This document shows, one piece after another, positions 13,205-26,504 of a DNA stretch of 64,000 nucleotides (position 1 is its first letter; each line of letters starts with the position of its first letter). The DNA lies in NCBI RefSeq assembly GCF_018350175.1, contig NC_058368.1:4154001-4218000 (forward strand), written 5' to 3'. The DNA comes from Felis catus (taxonomy: Eukaryota). The position numbers and the translations under genes were made by a program. Below the pieces are notes generated by a model that searched no databases, was not told the origin of the DNA, and worked only from the letters and a program-made list of their open reading frames with translations.

Positions 13205-13970
13205 AATATGTAGTATCTTAAATATATATAAGATTATGTAATTATATATTATAGATAATTATGTATAAATTATATATTATAAATACTTATATATGGTTAT
13301 ATATAATATATATAAAGAAATATATATGTATCTTCAATTTCCCTTCTGGTTATGTACGCGTCTTCCTTTAAATCCTGAACACAGTTGTGAGTTCTTCCAG
13401 GTCTAAAGCCAGGATGATAGTAAGTCTCACCCTATCTGTTCCCTTCCCTCAGGAATCGCAATCCCACACTCCCTGTACTGCAATGTGTTCAAGCACCTAT
13501 TTCTTGATCTTGTCCACTTGTCTAATTGTTGGTGGCAGAAGGGTGAGCCCAGTGACCACAACTCCAACGCAAAGGAAGTGGAAGGTATTTATAAGCTTTT
13601 AACACACAATCTAACTTCATCTTTACCCCCCACCCCCCACCCCCACCTCCTTTTATTCGGTCTCCCTTACCAGAATGGCAGTTCTATCAGGTTGGGGACT
13701 TTGGTCTGTTTCCTTCCTGCCATATCTCCATTACCTAAAATATACCATAAATATTTGTTAAATTATTAAAGTAATTATTTATTATATCTGTAATCTTGTA
13801 ATTCTTTAGCCAAGAAAGAGTGAGAGCATATTTGTTTCAGTAAATTCAAATTTCAACACGGCACAGTCAACTTTTATAATCATAAGTCCACATTTAAGGG
13901 TGTTTAGCCAGCACATGAAGAATTATCAATTAGCATAATGTGTGTGAAAAATGTGCTCTCGGGGCGCCTG

Positions 13971-14085
13971 GGTGGTTCAGTCAGTTGAGCATCTGACTCT
14001 TGATTTCAGCTCAGTTCATGATTTCACAGTCATGAAGTTGAGCCCTGCGTCAGGCTCTGTGCTGACACCACAGAGCCTGCTTGGG

Positions 14086-14121
<36 letters not shown>

Positions 14122-14179
14122 TGCCCCTCCCCAGCTCACGCACACATGCACACATGCGCTCTCTCTCTTTCAAAAAAAA
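13971..14179 (+). mobile_element. Can-SINE
   Basis: Canonical head and (CT)n tract. Confidence 0.9.
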
Positions 14180-15168
14180 TGCCCTCTCATTGATGGAATT
14201 AAACATATTTAGAATATGGGGATAGGCGAACATATTTCAGAGGCATTCCTCACCCTTATAGGACATAAGAATTCAATGAGTCTATCGTCTGAACCCACAG
14301 AGATGCTTTGAGGGCTTAATCTTTAAACAAAATACACTTGGAATCCAGCCACCGGTCCAAGCAAATATCTGTTTGCTTGACACAGATCATGGAATGTTGT
14401 CATGCATTGCATGCAAAGTGCTGCTCAGAGGACCCAAAGGTACAGAGGGCTGGAATTTCATCTAGAGTAGAGGACTGGGTGTACGAACAGTTTTATATCC
14501 ACTTTTTAATCAATATTGGTTGAGTACATGTTAGTATGTGTACAGAATTTTGTCTAAGATACGGCTTCATTACACCTGGCGGAGAGATTGTGAGGCAGTA
14601 GTTAACCTGCTCCCACCTCAAACTTTTCAGAGGCTCCTGCTGCCTACCAGACAATAACTAAGAGTTATGCAGTCCCAAATTTACATAGGCTAGTTTGCGA
14701 TTGACCGAGGTGGGTTTATTCTCAAGAAATTTAACTTCAGAGAAATCTGTTCATGTGATTCATCCTATTAGCAGACAAGATGAGGAAAATCTTATAATCG
14801 TGTTGGAAGATGTATCATAGTTCTGATATATAATTTCAAACAAATTCATAATTTAAAAAAAATAGCAAACAGGAAATGGAAGAGGCCCTTTCTTAAACTT
14901 CAAAAATGTTGTACCCAAATCTAACATTATTAGATGGGCCTATGGAATAAAATGAAAACCAAGGAAGAGTTTATTTTATGTATAACATATACGCAGTACT
15001 CTAGAGACAGCATTCTGGGTGGGGAAAGTATGAACTACTCAACAAATTGCACTCCTTTTACTACCTGGAAGGAATTTGACCTTGGTTGGTTTTTTTTTGT
15101 TTTTGTTTTTTGTTTTTCCTGTGGTAATCTAACAGTCCTAACAACCTTTGATAATATGTCTGAATTAT

Positions 15169-15397
15169 TTTTTTTTTAATTTTTTTTTAACGTTTTTTAT
15201 TTTTTTATTTTTGAGACAGAGAGAGACAGAGCATGAACGGGGGAGGGGCAGAGAGAGAGGGAGGCACAGAATCGGAAGCAGGCTCCAGGCTCTGAGCCAT
15301 CAGCCCAGAGCCCGACGCGGGGCTCGAACTCACGGACCGCAAGATCGTGACCTGGCTGAAGTCGGACGCTTAACCGACTGAGCCACCCAGGCGCCCC
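15169..15397 (-). mobile_element. Young Can-SINE with TSD
   Basis: TSD TGTCTGAATTATTTT. Confidence 0.95.
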
Positions 15398-15429
15398 TGT
15401 CTGAATTATTTTAAAAGAGAGTCAAAATG

Positions 15430-15655
15430 AGGGCATCTGGGTGGTTCCGTCGGTTGAGTGTCCAACTCCTGATTTTGGCTCAGGTCACGATCTCATGGTT
15501 GGTGGGTTCGAGCCCCATGTCAGGCTCTGTGCTGTCACTGCAGAGCCTGTGTGGGATTCTTTATCCCTCCCCTGCCCCTCCCCTGCTCACGCTCTCTCTT
15601 TCCCTTTCTGGTGCATGTGCTCTCTCTCAAAATAAATTAATTAATCTAAAAAAAG
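15430..15655 (+). mobile_element. Can-SINE
   Basis: Diverged head GGGCATCTGGGTGG, body and tail. Confidence 0.88.
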
Positions 15656-15967
15656 AAACTCAAAATGACTAACTACCTAATCTCTTACGAAAAGTATTTC
15701 AAATACAATCTTTTTGTGTGCAATGAGTTTTACTGCATATACTGGGACACTTAGCTATTCTCTGTGGGGGATACACTGCATCTATTTCACTCCAAACACA
15801 AAAATAAATTCCAAATGCATTTAAAAATCTAAGTGTGAAAAGCAAAACAGTGAAAAATAGGAGAAAAATTACAGAATATCTTTGCAACCTTGGAATAAAG
15901 AAATATTACTTAACCAAGACAAAAGAAAGCAAATACCTTATAATTCATCAAAAAGATATATAAATTT

Positions 15968-16180
15968 GGGGGCACCTGGGTCGCTCCGTCAGTTAAGTGT
16001 TTGACATCGGCTCAGGTCACGGTCTTGCGGTTCATGGGTTTGAGCCCCGTGTCAGGCTCTGTGCTGACAGCTTAGAGCCTGGATCCTGCTTCAGATTCTG
16101 TGTCTCCCTCTTTCTCTGCCCCTCCTCTGCTCATACTCCGTCTCTCTTTCTCAAAAACAAATAAACATGAAAAAATTTAA
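15968..16180 (+). mobile_element. Can-SINE within old L1 sequence
   Basis: Canonical structure. Confidence 0.9.
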
Positions 16181-17059
16181 AGAAAAGATTTATCAATTTT
16201 ATTATGTTAATATTATTCAACTTCAGCATAAAAAATATATCTGAGACAAAGATAAAAGGTGATCACTGCCTGTACAATCAGCCACGAATTAGTATCAAAA
16301 TGTGCATGTGACATTCAGCAATTCAATAAGTAAAAGATAAACCAAGGTGGAAACCGGCAAAGTACATGAATGGGTAGTTCAAAAAAGAAAAAAATATAAA
16401 TGGTCAATAAGCATTTCAAAAGATACCCAGACTCACTAGTAATCAGGAAATGGAGCTAAAAATAATAAAATATAATTTCATACTCACTAGCTGGCCAAAG
16501 TTTAAAACCAAGCACTGGGTGGGGTTAGCGGAGGAATGAGAACTGAGGGCTCACTGAGAATCAGAACAACCACTTTGGGAAACAACCTGATAGCAGCCGG
16601 CAAACCCCTAAATGCTGCATTTAAGGTATCCTTGTAAAAATCTCACATATACGTGTACACGTAGAGTCGTATACGAGTTCAGTGATGTCCTTTGCAGCAT
16701 TTTGAAGTAGTGAAGACCTGGAAACAACCTAACTATGCATCACCAGGTCAATGAACAAACACGAACTGTTAACATCCATGTGACAAAGATGTTTGTCTCT
16801 TGCTTTTTCCCGATGCTCAGCACCTAGAACAGTGCCCGACTCTTAGTAGACGCTCAACAAGTTCTTGCTACATATACGAATAAATGAGTGTTCACACCAT
16901 GTTATAGCATACAGCAGATAAAATAATCTACGTGCCTTGACACTGATGAGTCTCGAAGAAAAATGACCTGCCAGAGAATTCGTGGGGTATAAATCCATAC
17001 ATGTAAATTTTCAAACGCACACAATAATGTTATATTGGTGGATGGCGATGTAGGCACTT

Positions 17060-17745
17060 TCCACAAATTCAAAATCCATCTGGAATTCACCCAGTCCTGC
17101 CCGCATCCCTGCTAACTAGCCGGGCCAAGCCACCCCCAACCCCGCCCCGGATTATTATTGCTTCACTCCCCTAACTGGTCTCCCTCCTTGTGCTCGCGTC
17201 CTGCCTAGAATCGACGCTCCGCACGGTAGCCGGAATGAGGCTGCTAAACATTTGTCAGGTCAAGCCGCCCTTCTGCTCAAAACCCTCGAATGGCTCCTAC
17301 CTCAAAAACTCCTTACGACGGACCGCAAGGCTGCACCTCACCCCAGCCCTCGGCCCTCTGAGTCTGTTCATTGCTCCAGAGCTGCCCCAACCTCACTCCT
17401 TGAACCTGGGTTCCCTTGGCCTGTCGTGCCTGTGGCCCTGATGTCTGTGTGCTTTATTCCTTTTCTTTCTCCAGATCTTCCTAAAATGTAATCCCGTCAC
17501 TGAGTTGCTCCCTGGCGATCTTATCCCAAACTGAACACGCCCCTACCCCTCCTTGTTTTCTTTTCCTGGTTTATTTTTTTCCTTAGCACGCCTTCTCATC
17601 TAACATTCCACGTGTTTTACCTAGTTTTCGTTCATTGTCTGTCCCTACATTCTTTCAAATGTCAGCTGCAGAAGGGCAGGGACATTTGTGTGTTTCATTG
17701 CTTGCTACATCTCCAGGAACCAGAATATTGCGTGGTGCAGACTAG
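17060..17745 (+). mobile_element. L2 3' fragment
   Basis: CCCCTAACTGGTCTCCCT, CTGCTCAAAACCCTCGAATGGCTCC, GAAGGGCAGGGAC...TGTGTTTC motifs. Confidence 0.7.
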
Positions 17746-18049
17746 GCTTAGATTGAGACATAGGGGTCAGGATACAGACCTCTTTCAGAAGACTGAGTGG
17801 CTTTGGGGACTGAGAAATGTAGGTAGAATGTGGAGACAGTTCCAAATATATTGTATTGTTTTGTATTCTAATCAACAACAAAAAATGAAGCAGATATGGC
17901 AAATGTTAGCATCAAAATATATTGGATGCTATAGATAAGGAATATATGTTGTCTACTATTTTTCATACTCTTATTTAAATTGATGGATATCTGTATAATA
18001 AAGTACACCAATCTTAAGTGTACAGATAATCACTATTCTTTTTTCTTAA

Positions 18050-18258
18050 TTTTTTTTAACGTTTATTTATTTTTGAGACAGAGAGAGACAGAGCATGAAT
18101 GGCGGAGGGTCAGAGAAAGGGAGACACAGAATCTGAAACAGGCTCCAGGTTCTGAGCTGTCAGCACAGAGCCCGACGTGGGGCTTGAACTCACAAACTGT
18201 GAGATCATGACCTGAGCCGAAGTCAGACGCTTAACCGACTGAGCCACCCAGGCGCCCC
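18050..18258 (-). mobile_element. Can-SINE with TSD, inside a minus-strand old L1 (~17975-19100)
   Basis: TSD GATAATCACT(A/G)TTCT. Confidence 0.92.
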
Positions 18259-19115
18259 GATAATCACTGTTCTGACTTCTATTATCAGTTACGTTTGCCT
18301 GTTTCTTGAAATTCGTATAAACAGATTTATACAATATATATACTCATGTGTCTGCCTTCTTTCACTCAACGTAACATCATTGAGATTTATCCACGTTTCG
18401 TATGTACCAGTAGATCACTTTTTAAAAGTTAAAGTAATAGTAATTACTATAGTATAGTAATAGTATTCCACTGCATGCATATACCGCAATGATTTCCCTC
18501 CACGGCACCCTCCCATGGCGGGCATTTGATTTTTTTCTCAGGGTTTGGCCATTATGCAGAAAGCACCTATAAATTTCTGGAACGTATTTGTTTACAAACG
18601 TATGCCCCCATTTCGCTTGCGTATATTCTAGAACTGGACCATCCAAATCTTGTATATGCCTGCATTCAGTAAAAATTGCCAAATAGTTTTCTAAAGTGGT
18701 TATACCATTAACACCAGCACCAGCAATGTCCTAACTGCAGTGGCCCCAATCCTGCCAACACTTATTACTGTCAGTCTTTTTAAATTGCAGCCATTCTGGT
18801 GGGTGTGTGGTGTATCTCAGTTCAGATTTTAATTTGCATTTTCCTGATGAGCAATGATGTTAAGCCCCTTTATTCACTTGTTGGCCATCCGGACATCCTC
18901 GTTTGCAAGGTGCTCCCTTTAAAATTTAGGTTTATTGTCTTTGCTTATCCTTTGTAAACCTTCACCTGTTCTGGACAAGTCTTCTGCAGATACATGTATC
19001 ATGAATCTGGGGCTTGCTTTTATTTCCTTCCTGATGTTTTTTGATGAAGAAAAATGTCAAGTCTCGATGAGATCCAACTGCATGCTTTTGGATATTTAAA
19101 ATATTGTGTAATTAA

Positions 19116-19272
19116 GGGGCGCCCGGGGGGCTCAGTCGGTTAAGCGGCCGACTTTGGCCTAGGTCATGATCTCGTGGTTGACCAGGTTGAGCCCCATGTC
19201 AGGCTCTGAGCTGACAGCTCTGAGCCTGGAGCCTGCTTTGGATTCTGTGTCTCCCTCTCTGCCCCTCCCCCA

Positions 19273-19308
<36 letters not shown>

Positions 19309-19335
19309 AATAAATAAAAACATAAAAAAAAATTT
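19116..19335 (+). mobile_element. Can-SINE with TSD
   Basis: TSD AATATTGTGTAA. Confidence 0.92.
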
Positions 19336-19489
19336 AATATTGTGTAACTAAAAATGTTTAGTTAAGAAAAAAGAGAGAGAAAAGAAGGTCTTTCCCCTTC
19401 CCTTGCGGTTACACGGAACATAAATGGTTGGAAGATTTTTCCTTTTGCTTCTCTTTCCTTCTTCCTTCCCTTTCCACCTTTTCTTTCCT

Positions 19490-19495
19490 CTTTCC

Positions 19496-19543
<48 letters not shown>

Positions 19544-19545
19544 TC
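19490..19545 (+). repeat. (TTTC)n microsatellite
   Basis: Read directly. Confidence 0.95.
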
Positions 19546-19614
19546 GTTGTTGTATATTGTATTAACTCATCTAACTCCAAGACCATCATGGGGGTTAATT
19601 TTTAAATAGGCACG

Positions 19615-19830
19615 AGCCCTACACCCTTCCGGTTCTCCACGGCTCTAACCTCCCACCCGCTGTGCCCCGTCCCTTGCGTGCCTTGCCCGCAGCGCCGCCC
19701 TGCGGCCGGAGCCAGCCTACCCTCCCCGTGGCCAGGGACTGGTGGCGCGCATGCGTGAGAGGGTGAGGGGCCTGGCCCTAGGCGGGGAAGGAAGGGAAGC
19801 CTTGCCAGCGCGCCGCCGGATAGCAGGTGC
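19615..19830. promoter_or_regulatory. Small CpG-rich promoter/insulator-like element
   Basis: Local CpG enrichment; NRF1 motif GCGCATGCG 19747-19755; ETS-like CTTCCGG ~19626; GC box ~19781; CTCF-like motif 19691-19705 (minus strand). Confidence 0.55.
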
Positions 19831-20709
19831 TGCTGGAGTAGAATCTGAGCCCCACGGAGCAGGCTGCAAAGGTTTGTGGGGCTCCTGCTTCATCGGGTTT
19901 CTGGAAAAGCCACCTGGCCAGGGCTGCCATAAACGTGCTGTGGATACAAGGCGCGCCCAGACACACTCACGTTCTGGGATAAATAGTTGAGATTCCACTT
20001 GAGACTAATTAAGTCGACTCTGCTTCATCAGCTTCAGGAAGAACGAAGGGAGTGAGACGAGCTTCTCCTGTTTGATCAGTGTGCTGAGAAGCCTGCCGCT
20101 CACCCAGAAGGAATAGGGAGGAAATGAGGGTTATGGTGCATGAACTTCATGGGCTTCGCGTTCGGCCGGATTTCCAATCTCGATGATCCCCTGCACGACA
20201 CTGGAGAGCTAGAGATTGCAATCGTGTTTCATGCATGCGGGGGAAACGTCTCGCAAGATGAAAACAATACCTCCGACTACCTGGCACAGCCACCACTTGG
20301 TAGACTGGAAGCTACTGGAAGCATTTCAGTTTGGAATCTAAACCCTAACTTAGTCCACGCGGAGCCTTCATTTACACGCTTTCTTCCAACTCCCTATGTC
20401 TGCTCAGGATTATCTGGGTACACATCTGTCTCTGTCACCAGATATGAGCTTCCTTAAGGTCAGGGCTATGTTTTATGACCCTCCCCCCCCCCACCCCCCG
20501 TGTCTAACATAGTATTTTGCTTTTATAAAAAATAATAATAATAAATATTTTTTAACTGACTAAACTTCTGGCCGTCTAGACAAAATCTATTCCTAAACAT
20601 TGTAGAAACAAAGAAAAACAAAGAAAGTTTTTACCACTTCTTTTTTTTTTAGATGTTGCACCTGCTTCTATTTGTTTGTTTATTTATTTATTTTCAAATG
20701 TTGATGCCA

Positions 20710-20895
20710 GGGGCGCCTGGGTAGCTCAGTCGGTTGAGCGTCGGACTTCAGGTCAGGTCATGATCTCAGGTTCTGTGCTGACAGCTGGGAGCCTGGAGCC
20801 TGCTTGGAAGTCTATGTCTCCCTCTCTTTCTGCCCCTCCCCCGCTCATGCTCTGTCTCTCTCTGTCTCAAAAATAAATATAAACATTTAAAAATT
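20710..20895 (+). mobile_element. Can-SINE (internal deletion) inserted in a carnivore L1 3' end (minus strand, to ~21120)
   Basis: TSD ATGTTGATGCCA; CCCTCTGGTAACCATCAGTTTGTTCTCTATAG L1 motif. Confidence 0.88.
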
Positions 20896-22229
20896 TTTAT
20901 GTTGATGCCAGTATAGGCAACATACAGTATTGGATTAGTTGCAGGTGTACAATACAAGGATTCAACAATTCTATACATTACTCAGTGCTCATCGCGATAA
21001 GTGTATTCTTAATCCCCATCACCTATTTCACCCATCCCCCCACCTCCCTCTGGTAACCATCAGTTTGTTCTCTATAGTGAAGAGTCTATTTTTTGGTTTG
21101 TCTTTTTTTTTTTCTTCGTTGCTTCTTACCACTTTAAAACCAAGGACCGATTCCTTGTGGAAAATGTTCCAGAGATAGCATATGACGTTGCAGAGTAAAT
21201 AGACTAGAAGGAAAAAAAAAAGAAAAATAGGTCCCTAACTTCAAAACTTTTTGAAGTGTGAATCTGCTGAAACTCCTATTGTAGATGCCACCATGGCATT
21301 GGTCCCTAAGCAGTTTCCAGCAGGAACATTTCTTTGGGAGTTTTTTGGCATCTCACTCACAAACTTCAACAGCTACCTCGAGTGGCAAGGTCTGCTTTGG
21401 AAAGCCAGCCACGAAGAATTCTGGAAAATCTGGCCTCCAACAGAAGGTTTCTATTTTACTTCTTGAGGTAACGCAAAGGGGCTGGTTTTAATCTACAAAA
21501 CTCTGTTGTCTAGGTAAAAATTCCTTAGAAATCTCTGCATTCACTTACACACTTTTCCCTGTAATTAAGGTGCTGAGTTGTGTTACTGCTTATAATGCAA
21601 AAATACAAATTTCAAGGAATGTGAAGTTTGGTCTTGGAGAAGACAGTATCCTGTTAATAATCCCTTTATTAATTCACATTGGATTGAATAAGCACAATTC
21701 TGGATAACATGGAATCTGTCTTTTTTGGATGATGAAAAATGGAACTAGGTGGGATAGTGAAATTTTCACAGGAAACTGAAACATCACACACACAAAAAAA
21801 TAGATTTGGAGAACAATGCTCACGAATTTATAGAGGAAAAAAAAGAGATAACATATTACAAAATAGGGCATAACTTAGAAAAGAGACTACGTACTCATCT
21901 ACCCAATGAACGAGTAACAGAACCAAAGAGATAACAGATAATTCCCAACAAAAACTAGTCATTTAGTTATTCAACCACTCTTTCTTGGCCGTCTTCTGTG
22001 CCACACCCCATACGAGGTGCTAAATATGGCTTCCAATTTGTACAGGGCATTGATCCAGTCCCCAAAGGAGCCCTAAGAGCAGGACTGGCCCTAAGGCAAA
22101 TGATGAAATCTACAATATAACATTTACCTGAGTTTTTCTTCTCTTCTTGTTGCACACTTCTCCCTGCCCCTTTCCCTTTCTGTGGTTAATTTTCTAATTC
22201 GAGGCCCCAGAATTAAAAACGTTCTAGGA

Positions 22230-22440
22230 GGGGCACCTGGGTGGCTCAGTCGGTTAAGCGTCCGACTTCAGATCAGGTCATGATCTCACAGTACATGGGT
22301 TCGAGCCCCGCGACAGGCTCTGTGCTGACTCAAAGCCTGGAGCCTGCTTCGGATTCTGTGTCTCCCTCTCCCTCTGCTCTTGCTCTGTCTCTGTCTGTCT
22401 CTCAAAAATAAATAAACATTAAAATGAATTTTTAAAAAAA
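22230..22440 (+). mobile_element. Can-SINE with TSD
   Basis: TSD GTTCTAGGA. Confidence 0.93.
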
Positions 22441-22739
22441 GTTCTAGGAAATATATGTAGTCAGTGTGGTTACATCTTTGTGGAAATTGAGGTCAATGTA
22501 TCCCCTCACAGTGGTATTCGTATTTTAAAGCTTATCTATTTCAATTGAAATGCTTGACCAATCAGGAGAAGGTGGACCCAAATTCATTAGCAGAAGAGGG
22601 TGATAAACAGCCCTGTTACCCCACGGGTAAAGCCACCCCACATTTTATTACTGTGAGAAACCAGAAGGGCTAGCCTGTTTAACTGTAAGCTTGAAATGAC
22701 TTTAGTTATAGTCATAGAGAAAGTCTTGAGCCGGGCCAA

Positions 22740-23230
22740 ATGCTGCAGAGATTTACATCACGGAACAGTAAAGGAATATTCTCTCTGCAATCTGCTTCTC
22801 CAAAGACTATAGTTGGACTGCTCGGAGCGATATTTGTTAACAGAAGTAAGTTGATACAGTGGAGAGGATCCCGAGCAAGGCACCAAAATGATCAAAGGAG
22901 TAACTTGTGCGTTAAGATCAAAAGACCTGGCGGTGTGTAGATTGGCCAAGTAACGGCGGAGAGGGGTACCTGGGTACTTGATAAGCGTCTACAAATATTT
23001 AAAAGGTGTTAACTTTTTAAAAGGTGCCTCCTTGCTAGAGGACGCAAGTCCTTATTTTGCGTGCTTGGAGGTGAAACAGCAAAGGTTAAACTAAAGAAAG
23101 AACAGCGTACCTAGAATAGCAGGAAATAGTCCCAAAAATAACAATAGAGGCTTTTGCAAAATGAGACCATGGGAAGCGTGAGATCCGCTACGTCCATAGC
23201 AGAAACTAAGCCTGAATAACTCCCTTTGGG
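22740..23230 (+). mobile_element. Ancient CR1/L3 LINE 3' fragment
   Basis: TGGAGAGGATCCCGAGCAAGGCACCAAAATGATCAAAGG...GTCTACAAATATTTAAAAGG resembles the CR1 ORF2 C-terminal coding region. Confidence 0.6.
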
Positions 23231-23647
23231 AATCATTATATCTCACTGTACTTCTGGCCTCTGTTACCCATCATTTGATGGGCTCACTTACCTTCTCCTA
23301 CCTGCTGCCAACGTCTTTCACATCCTTTCACGTCCACCAGTGACATTACATCTACTTTTTGGCAGAGTATGACTTATGCGGCAAAGTCATATTGACGTAT
23401 ACAAAGGGGAAAGCCTTTGAATAGTTGCCGTCACCGTATGTGTTCCCTACATAGCATCTCTGTTAATCAAACAATGCCCAGTTTAGGACGACAGAATTTT
23501 AAAAGCCAGAAACAAGCATCGGAGAGGCTGAGTGACTTCTCCAAAAGGCACAAGCCTGGTGACCAAACAGGGGCTAATCCCAGGTCTTTGCCACAACGGG
23601 ACCTGATTCCCACCATATGGCAATACCTTTATCTTTAAAAAAAAAAT

Positions 23648-23875
23648 GGGGGGGGGGGGCGCCTGGGTGGCTCAGTCGGTTAAGCGGCCGACTTCGGCTC
23701 AGGTCATGATTTCGCGGTCCATGAGTTCGAGCCCTGCGTCGGGCTCTGGGCTGACAGCTCAGAGCCTGGAGCCTGTTTCAGATTCTGTGTCTCCCTCTCT
23801 CTCTGACCCTCCCCCGTTCATGCTCTGTCTCTCTCTGTCTCAAAAATAAATAAACGTTAAAAAAAATTTTTTTTT
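23648..23875 (+). mobile_element. Can-SINE
   Basis: Canonical structure. Confidence 0.93.
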
Positions 23876-26504
23876 AAATGCAACCCTCTCTGACTCCGTG
23901 TGACCATCTCAGTTTAGTGATTAGCAAATTCTAGGACATTTGTTCCTCTGCCAGACTTCCAAATTTTCACATTGTTATTCCAGCTTAGAATAGATGCGTT
24001 CCAAATCGCAAAATAGGTTCGTAAACAGCACAGCTTTTGTCCTAGCGGAAAAACGACGTTGGAGCCAGGCGTCCCTGAAGGTCAACCCACCTGTTGTCGG
24101 ACACAGTGAGGTGCTTAGGCTGAGGCGCAAGGCCTTCTCCCTCACACACAAATGAGCAGTCCTGCTTGCTGCAACCTCTTCGCCTAGATCGAGCTTCACA
24201 TGGGGCCCACCGAAGTCGGAGATGAGACCTTGCGCGGCCAAGAGCCATGAGAGCATTCTTGCCATAGTTCGTGACAACCCTACCGGATGAAAGTCGGGAC
24301 TGTGTCGTTTCTTTTTACCTAAACCCTTCACCAGCCATAAGATGACTGTGGGGGGTGGGCTGCATCGTAAGGTAACGAGTGACGTGTTGCCGGCCTGATC
24401 TCACTCTTCATCGGCTGCCCGGTTGGTTCTCAGCTAGACTTGAGGGTGGTGGTATGAATGGGTACAACGTGGGTCCTGCCGTCAAAGGGCTCAGGGTCCA
24501 ATGTGCACAGTGGGAGCGGAAACCACTTTGTAAGACTGAGAGAAATGCTACAACAGAGACAGTAGGGGTTGAAATGGGTCATTCAAGAGGGAGAGACAAG
24601 GGGTATCCATCCCCGGTGACGTTAGGAAAAGCTTCCCGAAAGAGCAGGCTATTCTGGTTGTCTACCACTCTTCCCGTTTTATTTCTCTCTGCATGTATGC
24701 AAATGTATACCATGCATATGGAGAATTTTTAATGGGTTTATAGCACAGATTGCTATGCAACTTGCTTTAAAAAAAAATCAACAAATAGCATAGATGTCTT
24801 TCCGTATATTTCACGTCATGTTTTCAAATAGCTAGAGAGTGTATTTCCACCATCTACTTAACCGTTGCTCTGTTTTGAACAATTGGGTTGTTTCTAATTC
24901 TCACTAATTCCTAAGGTACTCTAGATCACAGCCTCCCCCTCATTTTGGTCCCACAGAAGGTGGCTGTGTGCCCCCTGGGGGCAGGGGGGTGGACCGGGGA
25001 GGGCGTGCTTTAGTCCCTAGAGTTGGGGTCCTCTGCTGGCTGGCGTTCCCCTCTACCAGTGCACCCCAGCAAGATGACTGGTGCTTCTCAGAAGGCCCGT
25101 AGCTGAGGGGCTGCGCTCTTGCCAAAAATCAATACAACCTCCCATCTTTTTCAGATCAAACACACTCGCTTCCAAGAGCCCTGTAAGTAACACTTCCCCC
25201 GGAAGAATGAGTGAGCTAAATATCCTAAGGTTTTTCAGTTTGGTGGGCAGGATGGGAGGAAATTGAGTGAGGTGATGGCCAACAATCGCTCCTTTGTTCA
25301 CCTAACTCCCTCTGTCGTTCCAGCCAAGACGGGCAATGTGCCTCTGTTTAGTTCTGGAGAGGGCGTTCCAGGTGCCCTGATTCCCTGGGCCTCATCCCTC
25401 AGTCCTCCTAGGTTCTGACATGAAAGCCCTCCACCCGCTGCCCCCACCCCTCGATCAGGAAAGTTGGCCCCCACTAGAGGGTAACGGAGGAGGCCTTCAC
25501 CAAACTTCCGTGGAGCCTCTCTGTTAGGCTCCCATCTCTAGAGAGGTGGCCAAGCCCTTGTCCCACAGACAGAGGACGGACAGAAATGGGCAGCTCTTGA
25601 TGTCTCTCCACCAGCGAAGCTGAAACTGATTAACCCCCTGAGGTACCTGAAGAAAACATAACTCATCACAAAACCATGTGAGGAGTTCGTGATCAAGCCT
25701 ATTTCTCCTATTACCTTGACTCTGACCCTATTCCTTACAAAACAATGACCTTGGCCGAACTGTGTCAAAGTTGCATCAACCTCTCTCCTGGCCCGATTAC
25801 TATTTCTAGTTCCTCCACATTAACCAAGAATGCCTCTGCGTGAGTCATTAGGGCAAACGGCACCACGAGCAATAATTTTTCTTCTCTGGTCTCCAAAAAG
25901 CGCAGGGGTGAAACTATCATTTCATCTGCCGCACAAATAATGTGGAGATGCCTACCCTTGTCGGTGGTCCTTGCGCACACGCATGGGTGCGTCCCCAGAA
26001 CTAGACTAGATCAGTACAGCCGTGTTGCCAAATACAAATTTACAAACCTTCCATCAGGGTACAATCAATATCCCTTTCCCTCTGCATCGCCAGCTCTTCA
26101 CAGGCGAAGGAGGAAATGCAAGGACGAGACAGAAGGAGGCAGGAAGGAGAGCAAAGGTAGGAGGAGCCCAGGAGGTGCCGTTGGACAAAACAGCTTTGAG
26201 AAGAAGACACAGGAAAGTGGAAGTTCCCACATATGAGAACTAAATTCATTCATCCACGCGCCCCCTCGTTTATTCATTCAATGAATGTTCTTTCAGACCC
26301 TGCTACGTGCCAGCTTTGGGGATTCGGTGTGCTGGGCATATGCTGGGCATTGGGTATGCATTGCCAAACAAAATAGGATTTATGCTCCTGGAACCCAAAG
26401 TTCAGACTTTTAAAGGAATTGTGTGGAAGCTCACGGAAGGTCAGATGACCCACTGTCTTAGGAGGAAGCTCTGTCTCCATCCTATAGGCAAGGGAAGTGA
26501 CATG

